DNA of 64,000 nt from Alphaproteobacteria bacterium. Lineage in GTDB: Bacteria; Pseudomonadota; Alphaproteobacteria; Bin95. Position numbers and translations under genes: made by a program. The stretch covers positions 576,001 to 640,000 of the forward strand of contig OZ219788.1 in assembly GCA_964291285.2 (NCBI GenBank). The letters run 5' to 3'. Of this stretch, positions 39,243-49,571 are shown in pieces; the first letter of the stretch is position 1, and each line of letters opens with the position of its first letter. The notes beneath the pieces are model-generated. The model was given only the letters and a program-made list of their open reading frames with translations. It ran no database searches and was not told where the DNA came from.

Positions 39243-40139
39243 ATGAGGCGCGGCGCGCGCCGGCGGCTGCTGTTCGGGCTGCAGACCGTGCTGGGCCTGG
39301 CGCGGCGCGGGTTCTTCATTCCCCATGCGCGGGCGGACGGTGTCGCGCCGCCGGGGCCGATGGCATGGGTCGAGGCGCGCTTCGAGGCGGCCCTGCCGGC
39401 ATTCATGGCGGCGATGGACGACATGGACGGCCTGGCGCCGGCGCTCGCCGCCATAGGCGGGGCGGCGGCGCCGGAGCCGCGCTGGGACCAGGACTGGTTC
39501 CCCCGGCTCGACGCCGCCATGCTCTATGCGCTGGCGCGCCGGCGCCCGCCGCGCCGCGCCGTCGAGGTCGGCAGCGGCCATTCCACCCGCTTCCTGCTGC
39601 GCGCGCTCCGGGACGGCGGCGCAGACGCGGAGGTGACCGCGATCGATCCCCAACCCCGCGCCGCCCCTGCCGGGCCGGGCGGGCGCCTCAGGCTGTTGCG
39701 GCGCACGGTGCAGGAGGCGGGCCGGCAGCCGTTCGAGGCGCTGGAGGCGGGCGACTGGCTGGTGATCGATTCCAGCCATGTCGCCATGCCGGGCACGGAT
39801 GTGGACTTCCTGTTCGGGCATGTCCTGCCGGCGCTGCCGCCCGGCGTGCTGGTGCATGTCCACGACGTCTTCCTGCCGGACCCCTACCCGGAGGACTGGG
39901 CCTGGCGGGGCTATAACGAGCAGTTGGGGGCGGCGCTGCTGATCGCCGGGGGCTGGCGCCCGGTCTTCGCCAGCCGCTACATGGCGACGCGGCACCCGGA
40001 GCGCATCGCGCGCTCGGTCGTCGCCACCCTGCCCCTGCCCCCCGGCGCCCGCGACACCAGCCTCTGGCTCTGCCGGGAGGAGCGCGGCGCCGGTGCCGGG
40101 GCCCCCGGCGAAGGGCACAGGGCCGCAACGAATTCATGA
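39243..40139 (+). CDS. class I SAM-dependent methyltransferase (Methyltransf_24-like)
   Basis: EVGSGHST, IDP, IDSSH, HVHDVFLP, YNEQ. Confidence 0.87.
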   Translation: MRRGARRRLLFGLQTVLGLARRGFFIPHARADGVAPPGPMAWVEARFEAALPAFMAAMDDMDGLAPALAAIGGAAAPEPRWDQDWFPRLDAAMLYALARRRPPRRAVEVGSGHSTRFLLRALRDGGADAEVTAIDPQPRAAPAGPGGRLRLLRRTVQEAGRQPFEALEAGDWLVIDSSHVAMPGTDVDFLFGHVLPALPPGVLVHVHDVFLPDPYPEDWAWRGYNEQLGAALLIAGGWRPVFASRYMATRHPERIARSVVATLPLPPGARDTSLWLCREERGAGAGAPGEGHRAATNS

Positions 40140-40415
40140 AATCAAGGTAATGTTTCCCCTGTTCGGGTCCGGACCGGGAAAACCCGTGATATGATGGCTC
40201 CGGGGGAAGCGGAATCCGGAGCCGCTTCCCGCCCGCGCCGGCACGGTGCGGCCCGGTGCGGCACGGACCCGGTCCGGCAGACAGGCGAGGTGCGCCCCGC
40301 CTCCGCCCCGCGCGCGCCGCCGCGAGACGCGCACGGGCGGGCGCGCGCGCATGAGGGCAGAGAGGAGAAGATATGCAGGAACGGGCAGCAACATATGTCC
40401 TGCGGGCATGCAGAT

Positions 40416-40488
40416 CATGACATTCCATGACATATCGCAGAAGGTCGCGAGGGCCCCGCATGACAAAACATGACATTCCATGACATCC
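40416..40488 (+). repeat. five phased CATGACA heptamers (10-bp period)
   Basis: Copies start at 40416, 40426, 40459, 40469, 40479. Confidence 0.85.
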
Positions 40489-40632
40489 GGGTGGAGTGGG
40501 CCGGCCCCGCCGCCGCCCGCGCACGCCGGCGCGGGCGCGCGGGCGCGGGGGGGGCGCGCATTATGCGCGGGCGGGCGGCGCGCCTCCGGCAACGGGGGCG
40601 TCCGGGACCACGGACCGGCAAGGAGGCTGCGA

Positions 40633-41240
40633 TGCCCCGGCAGATGCCCGTCGCGCCGAGAGAGCCCCCACCCGGCCTCCCCCGCAAGCGGGGGAGGGGA
40701 AGACGGGAGCAGGCGGCGGGGGAGACGGAGAGGCAGGCGGGGGTGAAGCAGGCAGGCGGGTGGAGCGGCGGCGAGGAAATCCCCTCTCCCCGCGAGCGGG
40801 GAGAGGACGGGTGAGGGGGCCGCCGGCAGGCGGCGGGCGAAGCCCCGGGAGACGCCCGTCGCGCCGAGAGAGCCCCCACCCGGCCTGCCCGCCAAGCGGG
40901 GGAGGGGAAGACGGGAGCAGGCGGCGGGGGAGACGGAGAGGCAGGCGGGGGTGAAGCAGGCAGGCGGGTGGAGCGGCGGCGAGGAAATCCCCTCTCCCCG
41001 CTTGCGGGGAGAGGACGGGTGAGGGGGCCGCCGGCAGGCGGCGGGCGAAGCCCCGGGAGACGCCCGTCACGCCGAGAGAGCCCCCACCCGGCCTCCCCCG
41101 CAAGCGGGGGAGGGGAAGACAGGAGCAGGCGGCGGGGGAGACGGAGAGGCAGGCGGGGGTGAAGCAGGCAGGCGGGAGGGGAGTTGGAAATGCAGGCGGG
41201 GGAGGGGAAGACGGGAGCAGGCGGGTGGAGCGGCGGCGAG
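40633..41240. repeat. REP-doublet (BIME-like) tandem array, 208-bp period
   Basis: Anchor gcccgtcRcgccgagagagccccc at 40646, 40854, 41062; each full unit holds two inverted palindromic REPs. Confidence 0.9.
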
Positions 41241-41300
41241 GGAGCCGGAAAGGCAGGATGGGCGGGACAGGGGCGCCGGCTTCGCGCTACAACCCCGGCC

Positions 41301-41687
41301 ATGCCGGCCGACCCGATCCTGCGCGCCCGCGCCCGCCGCCTCCGCAGGGACCAGACCGACGCGGAACGCACGCTCTGGCAGAGGCTGCGCGGCAGGCGGC
41401 TGGGCGGCCTCAAATTCCGCCGCCAGCATGTCGTCGGGCCCTGGATCCTGGACTTCTACTGCCCCGAATGCCGGCTCGCCGTGGAGCTGGACGGCGGCCA
41501 GCACAACGAGGCGGAGAACAGGCGCCGGGACGAGGCGCGCACGGCCCTCCTGGAGGACCGGGGCGTGGCGGTGCTGCGCTATTCCAATCTGGAAGCGCTC
41601 AGGGAGACCGATGCCGTGCTCGAAGACATCGCCCGCCATGCAGCCGGCAGGCGGCCGGCCGCGTCCCCGGAGAAGAAGCGCCCGTGA
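41301..41687 (+). CDS. DUF559 (Vsr-like PD-(D/E)XK) endonuclease
   Basis: ARRLRRDQTDAERTLWQRLR..KFRRQH..ILDFYC..VELDGGQH..RDEAR..VLRYSN. Confidence 0.92.
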   Translation: MPADPILRARARRLRRDQTDAERTLWQRLRGRRLGGLKFRRQHVVGPWILDFYCPECRLAVELDGGQHNEAENRRRDEARTALLEDRGVAVLRYSNLEALRETDAVLEDIARHAAGRRPAASPEKKRP

Positions 41688-41965
41688 AGCCCCGGCAGAT
41701 GCCCGTCGCGCCGAGAGAGCCCCCACCCGGCCTGCCCGCCAAGCGGGGGAGGGGAAGACAGGAGCAGGCGGGTGGAGCGGCGGCGAGGAAATCCCCTCTC
41801 CCCGCTTGCGGGGAGAGGACGGGTGAGGGGGCCGCCGGCAGGCGGCGGGCGAAGCCCCGGGAGACGCCCGTCGCGCCGAGAGAGCCCCCGCCCGGCCTGC
41901 CCGCCGAGCGGGAGGGGAGTAAGAAACGCAGGCGAAGGAGGGGAAGACGGGAGCAGGCGGAGGAG
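41688..41965. repeat. REP-doublet array, right part (165-bp unit plus partial unit)
   Basis: Same anchor at 41701 and 41866. Confidence 0.9.
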
Positions 41966-41984
41966 GGGTTGAAACGGGGGCGCG

Positions 41985-44009
41985 TCAGCGCATGGCGGCG
42001 GCGATGTTGCCGCCGTCCACGGTGAGCACCGCGCCGGTGGTCCTGCGCGCGCGGGCGAGGTCGGTGAAGGCGCGGGCCACGTCCGCCGCCCGCACCTCGC
42101 GGCCGAGCAGGTTGCCGCGCATGTAGCCGGCCTCGCTGACGCCCCGCGCCTTCGCCCTGGCCGCCACCATGGCGCCGTCCAGCAGGCCGCTGCGGATGCG
42201 GTCGGCGTTGACGGCGTTGGACGCGATGCCGTCGCGCCCGTGGTCGACGGCATACTGGCGCATGAGGGCCAGGGTCGCGGCCTTGGCGACGCCGTAGGGG
42301 CCGAAGTCCGGGCCGGGATTGACCGCCTGCTTGGAGGCGTTGAAGAGCAGGCTGCCGCCCGTGCCCTGCGCCCGCATGATGCGCACCGCCGCCTGCGCGA
42401 CCCGCTGGTGGGCGAAGAAGTTGAGCTCGAAGCTCCGGCGCAGCGCCGCGTCCGCGACCTCGCCGATGCGCCCCTGCCAGGCCGCGCCGGCGTTCGAGAC
42501 CAGGATGTCGACGCCGCCATGGCGCCGGCAGACCTCGGCGAAGGCCGCCTCGACCGCCTCCGGGCGGGTGACGTCGCAGGCGATCGTGTCCGGGCCGGCC
42601 TCCAGGTCGAGGCCGACCGGCTCCGCCCCCTCGGCGCGGAACGCCGCCATTGTGGCCCGGCCGATGGCGCCCGCCGCCCCCGTCACCACCGCCACCTGCC
42701 CGGCGAGCGGCGGCGGCGCGGCCCGGCCGAGCTTCGCCTGCTCCAGCGGCCAGTATTCGATGTCGAACAGGTCCGCCTCGCCGATGCTGGCGAACCGCCC
42801 GATGCGCTCGGCGTCGGCGATGATGTCGACCGCGGCTTCGGCGAGGTCGGCGGCGATGGCCGCGGCCTTCGCGTCCCGGCCCGCGGCGAAGAGGCCCACG
42901 CCCGGGGCCAGCAGCACGCGCGGGGCGGGGTCGAGCGCCGTCAGGCCGCCGCCGGCGCGCGCATTGCCGCGCTCGAAATACGCCGTGTAGTCCGCCTCGA
43001 ACCTGCGGACCGCCGCCGCCGCCTCCCTCGCGAACGCCGCCGCCGCGCCCGCCCGCGCCGGCGGCAGCAGCACCGGCCATGACTTGACCCGGAGCGCATG
43101 GTCGGGCGTGACCGTGCCGGCGAGCCCGTAGCGGGCGACCTCCGCCCCGTCCACGAAGCGCCGGACATGCTCGCCGCCCCGGAAGGCGAGCAGGAAGCGC
43201 GCCGGCTCGCCGTCCGGCTCCGGCGCGGGCCGGGCGAGCAGGCCGCGCAGGACGGGCGCGACCTCCTCCGGCGCGGCCGGCCGGTCGGGCAGCCGGGCGC
43301 TCTGGAAGACCTTCGCCGGGGCGGCGGCCAGGCGGGCTTCCGCGAGGCTCGCGAGGCGGATCATGCGCTCATAGGATTCGCGCGCCGTCTCGCCGAAGGT
43401 GAAGACGCCGTGGTTCAGCAGGACCAGGCCCTCGCAGTCCGGCTGCGCCTCGAAGAGCTCGGCGGCTTTCCGCGCGAGCCGGAAGCCCGGCATGATGTAG
43501 GGCACGAGCGCGACCTTTTCGCCGAAGACCTCGCGGCAGAGCGCCGCCCCGTCCGGCTGGTCGGTCAGCGCCAGCACGGCGTTGGCGTGGGTGTGGTCGA
43601 TATAGCGGTGCGGCAGGAAGGCGTGCAGCAGGGTCTCGACCGAGGGCGCCGGCGCGGCGGGGTCGAGCAGGTTGGCGCGGTGGGCGGCCACCATGTCCCC
43701 GTCGGAGAGCGCGTCGCGCTGCCGGAGGCGCCGGAGCGGCTCCAGCCGGACCGCGGGCAGGCCGGGCGGCTCGATCCGCGCCATGTCCCAGCCCGAGCCC
43801 TTGACGCGGAGCACCTCCACCTCGTCGCCGGCGAGGTCGGTCATGCGGGTCTTGAGCGAGGTGTTGCCGCCGCCGTGCAGCACGAGGCGCGGCTCGCCGC
43901 CGAGGAGGCGCGTCGTATAGACCCGGAGCGCCAGGTCCCGGTCCGCGCCCTCCGCGCCGTAGCGGGCGACCGCCGCCTCCGCCTCCCGGTCGGACCAGAG
44001 ACTCTCCAT
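41985..44009 (-). CDS. bifunctional class II aldolase / short-chain dehydrogenase (RhaD-like)
   Basis: LVLHGGGNTS, PSVETLLH, DHTH, IEYWPLEQAKL; TGAAGAIG, NAG, YGVAK. Confidence 0.92.
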   Translation of the reverse strand: MESLWSDREAEAAVARYGAEGADRDLALRVYTTRLLGGEPRLVLHGGGNTSLKTRMTDLAGDEVEVLRVKGSGWDMARIEPPGLPAVRLEPLRRLRQRDALSDGDMVAAHRANLLDPAAPAPSVETLLHAFLPHRYIDHTHANAVLALTDQPDGAALCREVFGEKVALVPYIMPGFRLARKAAELFEAQPDCEGLVLLNHGVFTFGETARESYERMIRLASLAEARLAAAPAKVFQSARLPDRPAAPEEVAPVLRGLLARPAPEPDGEPARFLLAFRGGEHVRRFVDGAEVARYGLAGTVTPDHALRVKSWPVLLPPARAGAAAAFAREAAAAVRRFEADYTAYFERGNARAGGGLTALDPAPRVLLAPGVGLFAAGRDAKAAAIAADLAEAAVDIIADAERIGRFASIGEADLFDIEYWPLEQAKLGRAAPPPLAGQVAVVTGAAGAIGRATMAAFRAEGAEPVGLDLEAGPDTIACDVTRPEAVEAAFAEVCRRHGGVDILVSNAGAAWQGRIGEVADAALRRSFELNFFAHQRVAQAAVRIMRAQGTGGSLLFNASKQAVNPGPDFGPYGVAKAATLALMRQYAVDHGRDGIASNAVNADRIRSGLLDGAMVAARAKARGVSEAGYMRGNLLGREVRAADVARAFTDLARARRTTGAVLTVDGGNIAAAMR

Positions 44010-44090
44010 CAGCCGCCGCGCCCCCTTGCCCGCCGCCGTCGGGGCGGAGAGTAGCACGCCCGGGCCCGCAAGCTGCTAGTCTCGCGCCCC

Positions 44091-44780
44091 ATGCCCTTCA
44101 TGCCGATCCATGACGACAACGAGCGCACGCGCATCGAGACGCCCTTCGTCACCTGGGGGGCGATCCTCGTCTGCGTTGTCGCGTTCATCTGGCAGTCGAG
44201 CCTGCCGGAGGCGGTGGAATACCGCCGGCTGCTGGCGCTCGGCTTCGTGCCGGGGCGGCTGCTGGGCGAGCTGCAGCTGCGCCCCGACCTCGCCATCCTG
44301 CCCGCGCCCTTCTCGCTGGTGACGACGCAGTTCCTGCACGGCGACTTCGCCCACCTGCTCGGCAACATGGCCTTCCTCTACATCTTCGGCGACAATGTCG
44401 AGGACGCGATGGGCCATCTGCGCTTCGCCCTGTTCTTCCTGCTTTGCGGCGTGCTGGCCGCGCTTGCGCACGGGGTGACGGACCCCGCCTCGGCCGTGCC
44501 GCTGATCGGCGCGAGCGGGGCCATATCGGGCATATTGGGGGCCTATCTGGTGCTGAGCCCGCGGGCGCGCATCCTGGTGCTGTTCTTCGTCGTGCCGCTG
44601 CGCCTGCCGGCCTGGCTGCTGGTCCTGGGCTGGTTCGCGGTGCAGTTCTTCTTCGGCCTCTCGACCTTCGGCGAGGACGCGAAGGTCGCCTACTGGGCGC
44701 ATATCGGCGGCTTCGCGGCCGGCATTGCGCTGCTGCCCCTCTTCAGGGCCTCCTGGCCACGCCCGGACGAAGCCGGCTGA
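44091..44780 (+). CDS. rhomboid intramembrane serine protease
   Basis: HLLGNM, GASGA, AHIGG. Confidence 0.94.
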   Translation: MPFMPIHDDNERTRIETPFVTWGAILVCVVAFIWQSSLPEAVEYRRLLALGFVPGRLLGELQLRPDLAILPAPFSLVTTQFLHGDFAHLLGNMAFLYIFGDNVEDAMGHLRFALFFLLCGVLAALAHGVTDPASAVPLIGASGAISGILGAYLVLSPRARILVLFFVVPLRLPAWLLVLGWFAVQFFFGLSTFGEDAKVAYWAHIGGFAAGIALLPLFRASWPRPDEAG

Positions 44781-46215
44781 AGGCGAGCGCGCCCGGATCG
44801 GCCGCCACTGGGCCCGGCGCAGCCGCGATCAGCACCTCGCCCGCGATCGGCCCGAAATCGGCGCGGAAATGCACCGAACTCTTGAGCGCGAGGATGCGGC
44901 AGTCCGAAGGCTCCACGCCCAGATGGCGGAACATCTCCCTGTCCGCCGCCTGCACCTTGCGGCTGGCGACGGCGACCTGCACGCCGCCCGGAAGCTCCAG
45001 CAGCGCCATCGGCCCGAGCTGCATCCGGTTGCCGCCGTAGAACGGCCCCGTGCAGGTGAAGCTCCCGTCGCCGAGCTTGCGCACGACGGCATCCGTCTCG
45101 AACGGCGCGTCGCCCGGTATGCCGGAACGCCCGCCGAGCGCCAGCGCGAGCCGCCCGCCTTCGCCCGCCTCGTGAGCGGCGGTGGCGGCTTCCGGGTCGA
45201 TCAGCAGGCCCAGAACCGCGCCTTCGGGCCGTGCGGCCGCGAGCGCGCGCAAGAGGCCCGTCGTGTCGCCGTCGCCGCCGCCGCCCGGATTGTCGCAACT
45301 GTCCGCGATGACCGCGGGCCGGCCGGGACGCCCGGTCCGGTCCGCGCGCGCGACCGCCTCTTCGGGCGAGAGGAAATCGGCGTCGAACCGCCCGCGCGCC
45401 GCCAGCACCGCCTCCGCCAGCGCGTCCGCAGCCTCCATGGCGCTTCGCTCGTCGCCGGCATAGGCGAGCGCGGCCGGGCCGCAGTCCGGCGTGTCGGCGA
45501 GCGGGAAGCCGCCGGCGAGCGACACGGAGCGGACGGCGCCCCGCTCGCGCCCGTCGAGGCCCGCATAGAGGCCCGCCGCCGGCTCGACCAGCGTGCATTG
45601 CGCGGTGAGCGGGATGAGGAAGGGGATCTGCCGGAACCCCTTGGCCGGCCGTCCCTCGGCGAGGATGCGCTCCAGCAGGCGGGCCGTGCGCGCGCCCGTC
45701 TCCGCCATGTCGACATGCGGGTAGGTGCGGAACACGACCAGCGCATCCGCCCGGTCCGCCATCGTCGGCGAGACATTGGCATGCAGGTCGAGGCTCGCCA
45801 CCAGCGGGATATCCGGGCCGATGACGGCGCGCACGCGGCGCAGCAGCTCGCCCTCGCCGTCCTCCAGATGCTCGGCCACCATCGCGCCGTGCAGGTCCAG
45901 ATAGACCGCGTCCACCGGCCCGGCGTCCCGGAGGCCGTCCACGATCATGCCGGCAATGCGCTCATAGGCCTCCTCCTCGACCTGGGCCGAGGGGCTGGCG
46001 TTCGCCCAGGCCAGCGGCGCGAAGTCCCGGCCCGATGCCCGCGCCGCCTCCAGGAAGCCCGCTATCGGCAGGTTAATGCCGGCCGTGTCGGCAAGAACGG
46101 CCTCGCCCCGGCAGAGCCCCGGCCAGCCGTCCGCCCGCCGGAACATCTCGAAGCTTGCCTTTGTCGGCGCAAAAGTATTGGTCTCATGGTGAAATCCGCC
46201 GACCGCAATCCGCAT
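44743..46215 (-). CDS. M81-family metallopeptidase (MlrC-like)
   Basis: HETNTF, LDLHGAM, DLHAN, YPHVD, LKSSVHFRADF. Confidence 0.93.
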   Translation of the reverse strand: MRIAVGGFHHETNTFAPTKASFEMFRRADGWPGLCRGEAVLADTAGINLPIAGFLEAARASGRDFAPLAWANASPSAQVEEEAYERIAGMIVDGLRDAGPVDAVYLDLHGAMVAEHLEDGEGELLRRVRAVIGPDIPLVASLDLHANVSPTMADRADALVVFRTYPHVDMAETGARTARLLERILAEGRPAKGFRQIPFLIPLTAQCTLVEPAAGLYAGLDGRERGAVRSVSLAGGFPLADTPDCGPAALAYAGDERSAMEAADALAEAVLAARGRFDADFLSPEEAVARADRTGRPGRPAVIADSCDNPGGGGDGDTTGLLRALAAARPEGAVLGLLIDPEAATAAHEAGEGGRLALALGGRSGIPGDAPFETDAVVRKLGDGSFTCTGPFYGGNRMQLGPMALLELPGGVQVAVASRKVQAADREMFRHLGVEPSDCRILALKSSVHFRADFGPIAGEVLIAAAPGPVAADPGALAFSRLRPGVARRP

Positions 46216-46270
46216 GGGCCCCGCCTCCCGCCGCCGCCCGCGACGCTAACAGAAAGGCCGATTGCCGCCC

Positions 46271-47608
46271 ATGCGCCTGCGCCGCCGCCTCGTCCTCGGC
46301 CATCTGGCCGACCTCTACCGGCTCGCCCTGCCCGTCGTGGTGAGCCGGGCCGGCGTGCTGGCGATGACGGTGGCCGACACGATCATCGTCGGCCGCTACT
46401 CCTCGGCGGAGCTCGGCTATCTCTCGCTCGGCGTCGCGGTCTATCTGCCGCTGCTGCTGACCGTGATGGGGCTGCTGACCGGCACCACCGTCGCGGCGGC
46501 GCAGGCCATGGGGCGCGGCGAGGAGGCCGAGAGCGGGGCGGCCTGGCGGCGCGCGCTGCCGGTCGCGTTCGGTTTCGGCGCTCTCGGCCTGTTGCTCGGG
46601 CTGTTCGGGCGGGAGGTCCTGCTGCTCACCGGGCAGAGCGGGGATGTGGCGGCGGGCGCGGGCCGGGTGTTCTTCATCCTCGCGCTCGGCTATCCGGCCG
46701 CCTTCCTCTATTTCGCCACCGCCTTTTTCCTCGAAGGCGTCCGGCGCCCGCGGCCGGCCGCCTGGGCCATCGTCGCCGCCAACCTGGTGAACATCCCGGC
46801 CGATCTCATCCTCGTGCATGGCTGGCTCGGTGCGCCGGAACTCGGCGCGGAAGGCTCTGCCTGGGCCACCACCGGCATACGCTGGGGGCTCGCGTCGTTC
46901 CTGCTCGCCTGGGCCTGGTGGATGCCGGACCGGGCGCGGCTGGGCGTCCGCGCCCGCGCCGGCTGGGCCTGGCGGCGCTGGCGGGTGCAGCGTGTGGTGG
47001 GCTATGCCGCGGCCGTCGCCATCGCCGTCGAGATGGGGGCCTTCACCGCCATCCACCTGTTCGCCGGCTGGCTCGGCACGGTCCCGCTTGCGGTCTTCAC
47101 CATCGTGCTGAACGTGATTTCGGTCATCTTCATGGTCGCCAACGGCGTCGGCATCGCCACCAGCGTTCGCATCGGCAATGCCTGGGGGCGCGGCGACCGC
47201 CGGCGCTGGATCGCGGCCGGCTGGATGGGGCTTGCGGTCACGATCTTCCTCATGGCCGTCGCGGGCGCGCTCATGGCGCTGTTCGCCCGGCCGCTCGCCG
47301 CCATCTACTCGTCGGAAGCCGCCGTGCTTGCAGCCGCCGTCCCGGTGCTGGTGCTGGCCGGACTCATGCCCCTCTTCGACGGCGGGCAGACGCTGATGCT
47401 GAACGCGCTGCGCGGCTGCGCCGACGCCTGGGTGCCGACGGCGCTCCAGGCCTTCGCCTTCATCGGCTGCATGGTGCCGCTCTCGCTGCTGCTCGCCTTC
47501 GGGCTGGAGCGCGGCGTGGCCGGGCTGTTTGAGGCGGTGATCCTCTCGACCGCCCTTTCGCTGGGGCTTCTGTGCGCGCGCTTCGTCATGCTATCGCGAC
47601 GGCCGTGA
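46271..47608 (+). CDS. MATE-family efflux transporter
   Basis: ADTIIVGRY, PELGAEGSAWAT, SVRIGNAWG, FDGGQ..ALRG. Confidence 0.92.
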   Translation: MRLRRRLVLGHLADLYRLALPVVVSRAGVLAMTVADTIIVGRYSSAELGYLSLGVAVYLPLLLTVMGLLTGTTVAAAQAMGRGEEAESGAAWRRALPVAFGFGALGLLLGLFGREVLLLTGQSGDVAAGAGRVFFILALGYPAAFLYFATAFFLEGVRRPRPAAWAIVAANLVNIPADLILVHGWLGAPELGAEGSAWATTGIRWGLASFLLAWAWWMPDRARLGVRARAGWAWRRWRVQRVVGYAAAVAIAVEMGAFTAIHLFAGWLGTVPLAVFTIVLNVISVIFMVANGVGIATSVRIGNAWGRGDRRRWIAAGWMGLAVTIFLMAVAGALMALFARPLAAIYSSEAAVLAAAVPVLVLAGLMPLFDGGQTLMLNALRGCADAWVPTALQAFAFIGCMVPLSLLLAFGLERGVAGLFEAVILSTALSLGLLCARFVMLSRRP

Positions 47609-48066
47609 CGCATCCGGTTGAGAAGATCGTTTCCGGCGGGCAGACCGGCGCGGACCGGGCCGGGCTCGACGCCGCGCTGGCGCTCGGCCTCGCCGTCGGC
47701 GGCTGGTGCCCGCGCGGGCGGCGCGCCGAGGACGGGCCGATACCTCCGCAATATCCCCTGGAGGAGACGGCGAGTGCCGCCTACCGCGTCCGGACCCGGA
47801 TGAATGTCCGCGACAGCGACGCGACGCTGATCCTCTGCCGGGGGCCGCTCACCGGCGGCACGAAGCTGACGGCCTCCATCGCGCGCAGGATGGGGCGCCC
47901 GCTGCGCATCGCCGACCTCTCGCGCCGCGTGCAGGCGCCCGCCGCCGCGGCATGGCTGCGCAAGCACAATGCCGTCCGGCTCAACATTGCCGGCCCGCGC
48001 GAGAGCCAGGCGCCCGGCATCGGCGCCGAGGCCCGGCGCTTCCTCATGCGCGTCCTCGCCCCGTGA
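47605..48066 (+). CDS. circularly permuted YpsA SLOG / 'molybdenum carrier' protein
   Basis: IVSGGQTGADRAGLD, GGWCPRGRRAEDG, NVRDSD, LNIAGPRES. Confidence 0.88.
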   Translation: MTHPVEKIVSGGQTGADRAGLDAALALGLAVGGWCPRGRRAEDGPIPPQYPLEETASAAYRVRTRMNVRDSDATLILCRGPLTGGTKLTASIARRMGRPLRIADLSRRVQAPAAAAWLRKHNAVRLNIAGPRESQAPGIGAEARRFLMRVLAP

Positions 48067-49556
48067 ACGGAGAGGAGGAGTTCGGCGGCAAGGACCTTTC
48101 GGCGCTCAGGCGGGCGTCGATCCTCGCCGCCGTGACGCTCTCGACGACGCTCTACGGCACCACCGTGCTCGTCGTCTCGACCGTGCTGCCGCAAATGCAG
48201 GGCTCGCTCTCCGCCACCCAGGACCAGATCGCCTGGGCGATGACCTTCAACATCGTCGCGACTGCCATCGTGACGCCGATGACGGGCTGGCTGACGGGCC
48301 GCTTCGGACGCCGCGCGGTCATGCTCTGGGGCATGGCGATCTTCGGCGCGGCGACGCTCGGCTGCGGTTTCGCGACCTCGCTGGAGACGCTCGTGGTCTT
48401 CCGCGTCATCCAGGGCGCGGCGGGGGCGCCGATCATCCCGCTCGCCCAGGCCATCACCCAGGACAGCTATCCACGCGCGCAGCACGGCACCGCCATGGCG
48501 GCGTTCGGCATGGGCGTCGTCGTCGGGCCGGTGATCGGCCCCGTCGTCGGCGGCTATCTCACCGAGGTCTACAACTGGCGTTGGGCCTTTTTCATGGTTG
48601 TGCCGGTGGCGGGCGCGAGCTGGCTCGCCATGTGGCTGGTGCTGACCGACGGCGGCAGGCTCCGGCTCGCGCGCCTCGACTGGACGGGGTTCCTCGCGCT
48701 CTCCGTCGCGGTCGTCTGCTTCCAGCTGATGATGGACCGGGGCGAGCGCCGCGACTGGTTCGACTCGACCGAGATCCTGCTGGAAGCCTGCCTGGCCGGT
48801 ATCGGCCTCTACCTCTTCCTGGCCCACAGCCTGACCACCCGGCGCCCCTTCCTGAACCTGAAGCTGCTGCTGGACCGGAACTATGCGCTCGGGCTCTGCA
48901 TCGTCGGCATATACGGCATGCTCAACTTCACCCCGATGGTGATGCTGCCGCCGATGCTGCAGGACCTTGCAGGTTTCCCGAACGCGGTGGTGGGCCAGCT
49001 GGTGGCCGCGCGGGGCGTGGGCGCGATCCTGGGATTCTTCCTCGCCATGTATGTTGGCAGGCTCGACCCGCGCATCGGCATGAGCGCGGGCTTCTCCATC
49101 ATGGCGGCGTCCGGCTGGATCATGATGCAGTTCGACGCCAACGCCACCTGGTGGGACGTGGCGCTGGTCTCCTGGATGCAGGGCATCGCCGTCGGCATCA
49201 CCTGGGTGCCGCTCACGGTCGCGACCTTCTCGACCCTGCCCCCGCGCTACCTGGCGGAGACCTCCTCGGTCTATCACCTGATGCGCAACCTGGGCTCCAG
49301 CTTCTTCATTTCGGTGAGTGTGACCGTGCTGGTGCGCACCGGAGGCGAGAACTACGGACGGCTCACCGAATTCGTCTCGCCCTACAACGAGGCGCTGGCG
49401 GTCATCGACACGGGCACGGCGTCGGGCCTCGCCGCGCTCAGCAGCGAGATCGGGCAGCAGGCCGCGATGATCGGCTATCTCAACGCCTTCACCGCCTACA
49501 CGGCCGTCGCGCTCGCCGCGCTCCCGCTGCTCCTCCTGATGCGCATAAGGCGCTGA
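48063..49556 (+). CDS. DHA2-family MFS efflux permease (EmrB-like)
   Basis: LSATQDQIAW, FRVIQG, GPVVGGYLT..WRW, DWFDS. Confidence 0.92.
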   Translation: MNGEEEFGGKDLSALRRASILAAVTLSTTLYGTTVLVVSTVLPQMQGSLSATQDQIAWAMTFNIVATAIVTPMTGWLTGRFGRRAVMLWGMAIFGAATLGCGFATSLETLVVFRVIQGAAGAPIIPLAQAITQDSYPRAQHGTAMAAFGMGVVVGPVIGPVVGGYLTEVYNWRWAFFMVVPVAGASWLAMWLVLTDGGRLRLARLDWTGFLALSVAVVCFQLMMDRGERRDWFDSTEILLEACLAGIGLYLFLAHSLTTRRPFLNLKLLLDRNYALGLCIVGIYGMLNFTPMVMLPPMLQDLAGFPNAVVGQLVAARGVGAILGFFLAMYVGRLDPRIGMSAGFSIMAASGWIMMQFDANATWWDVALVSWMQGIAVGITWVPLTVATFSTLPPRYLAETSSVYHLMRNLGSSFFISVSVTVLVRTGGENYGRLTEFVSPYNEALAVIDTGTASGLAALSSEIGQQAAMIGYLNAFTAYTAVALAALPLLLLMRIRR

Positions 49557-49571
49557 CGGGCGGCGGGCGGC

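Noticed and set aside
40633-41965. CRISPR array
   Set aside because: Sequences between the palindromes are themselves near-identical repeats rather than unique spacers, orientation alternates, and there are no cas genes.
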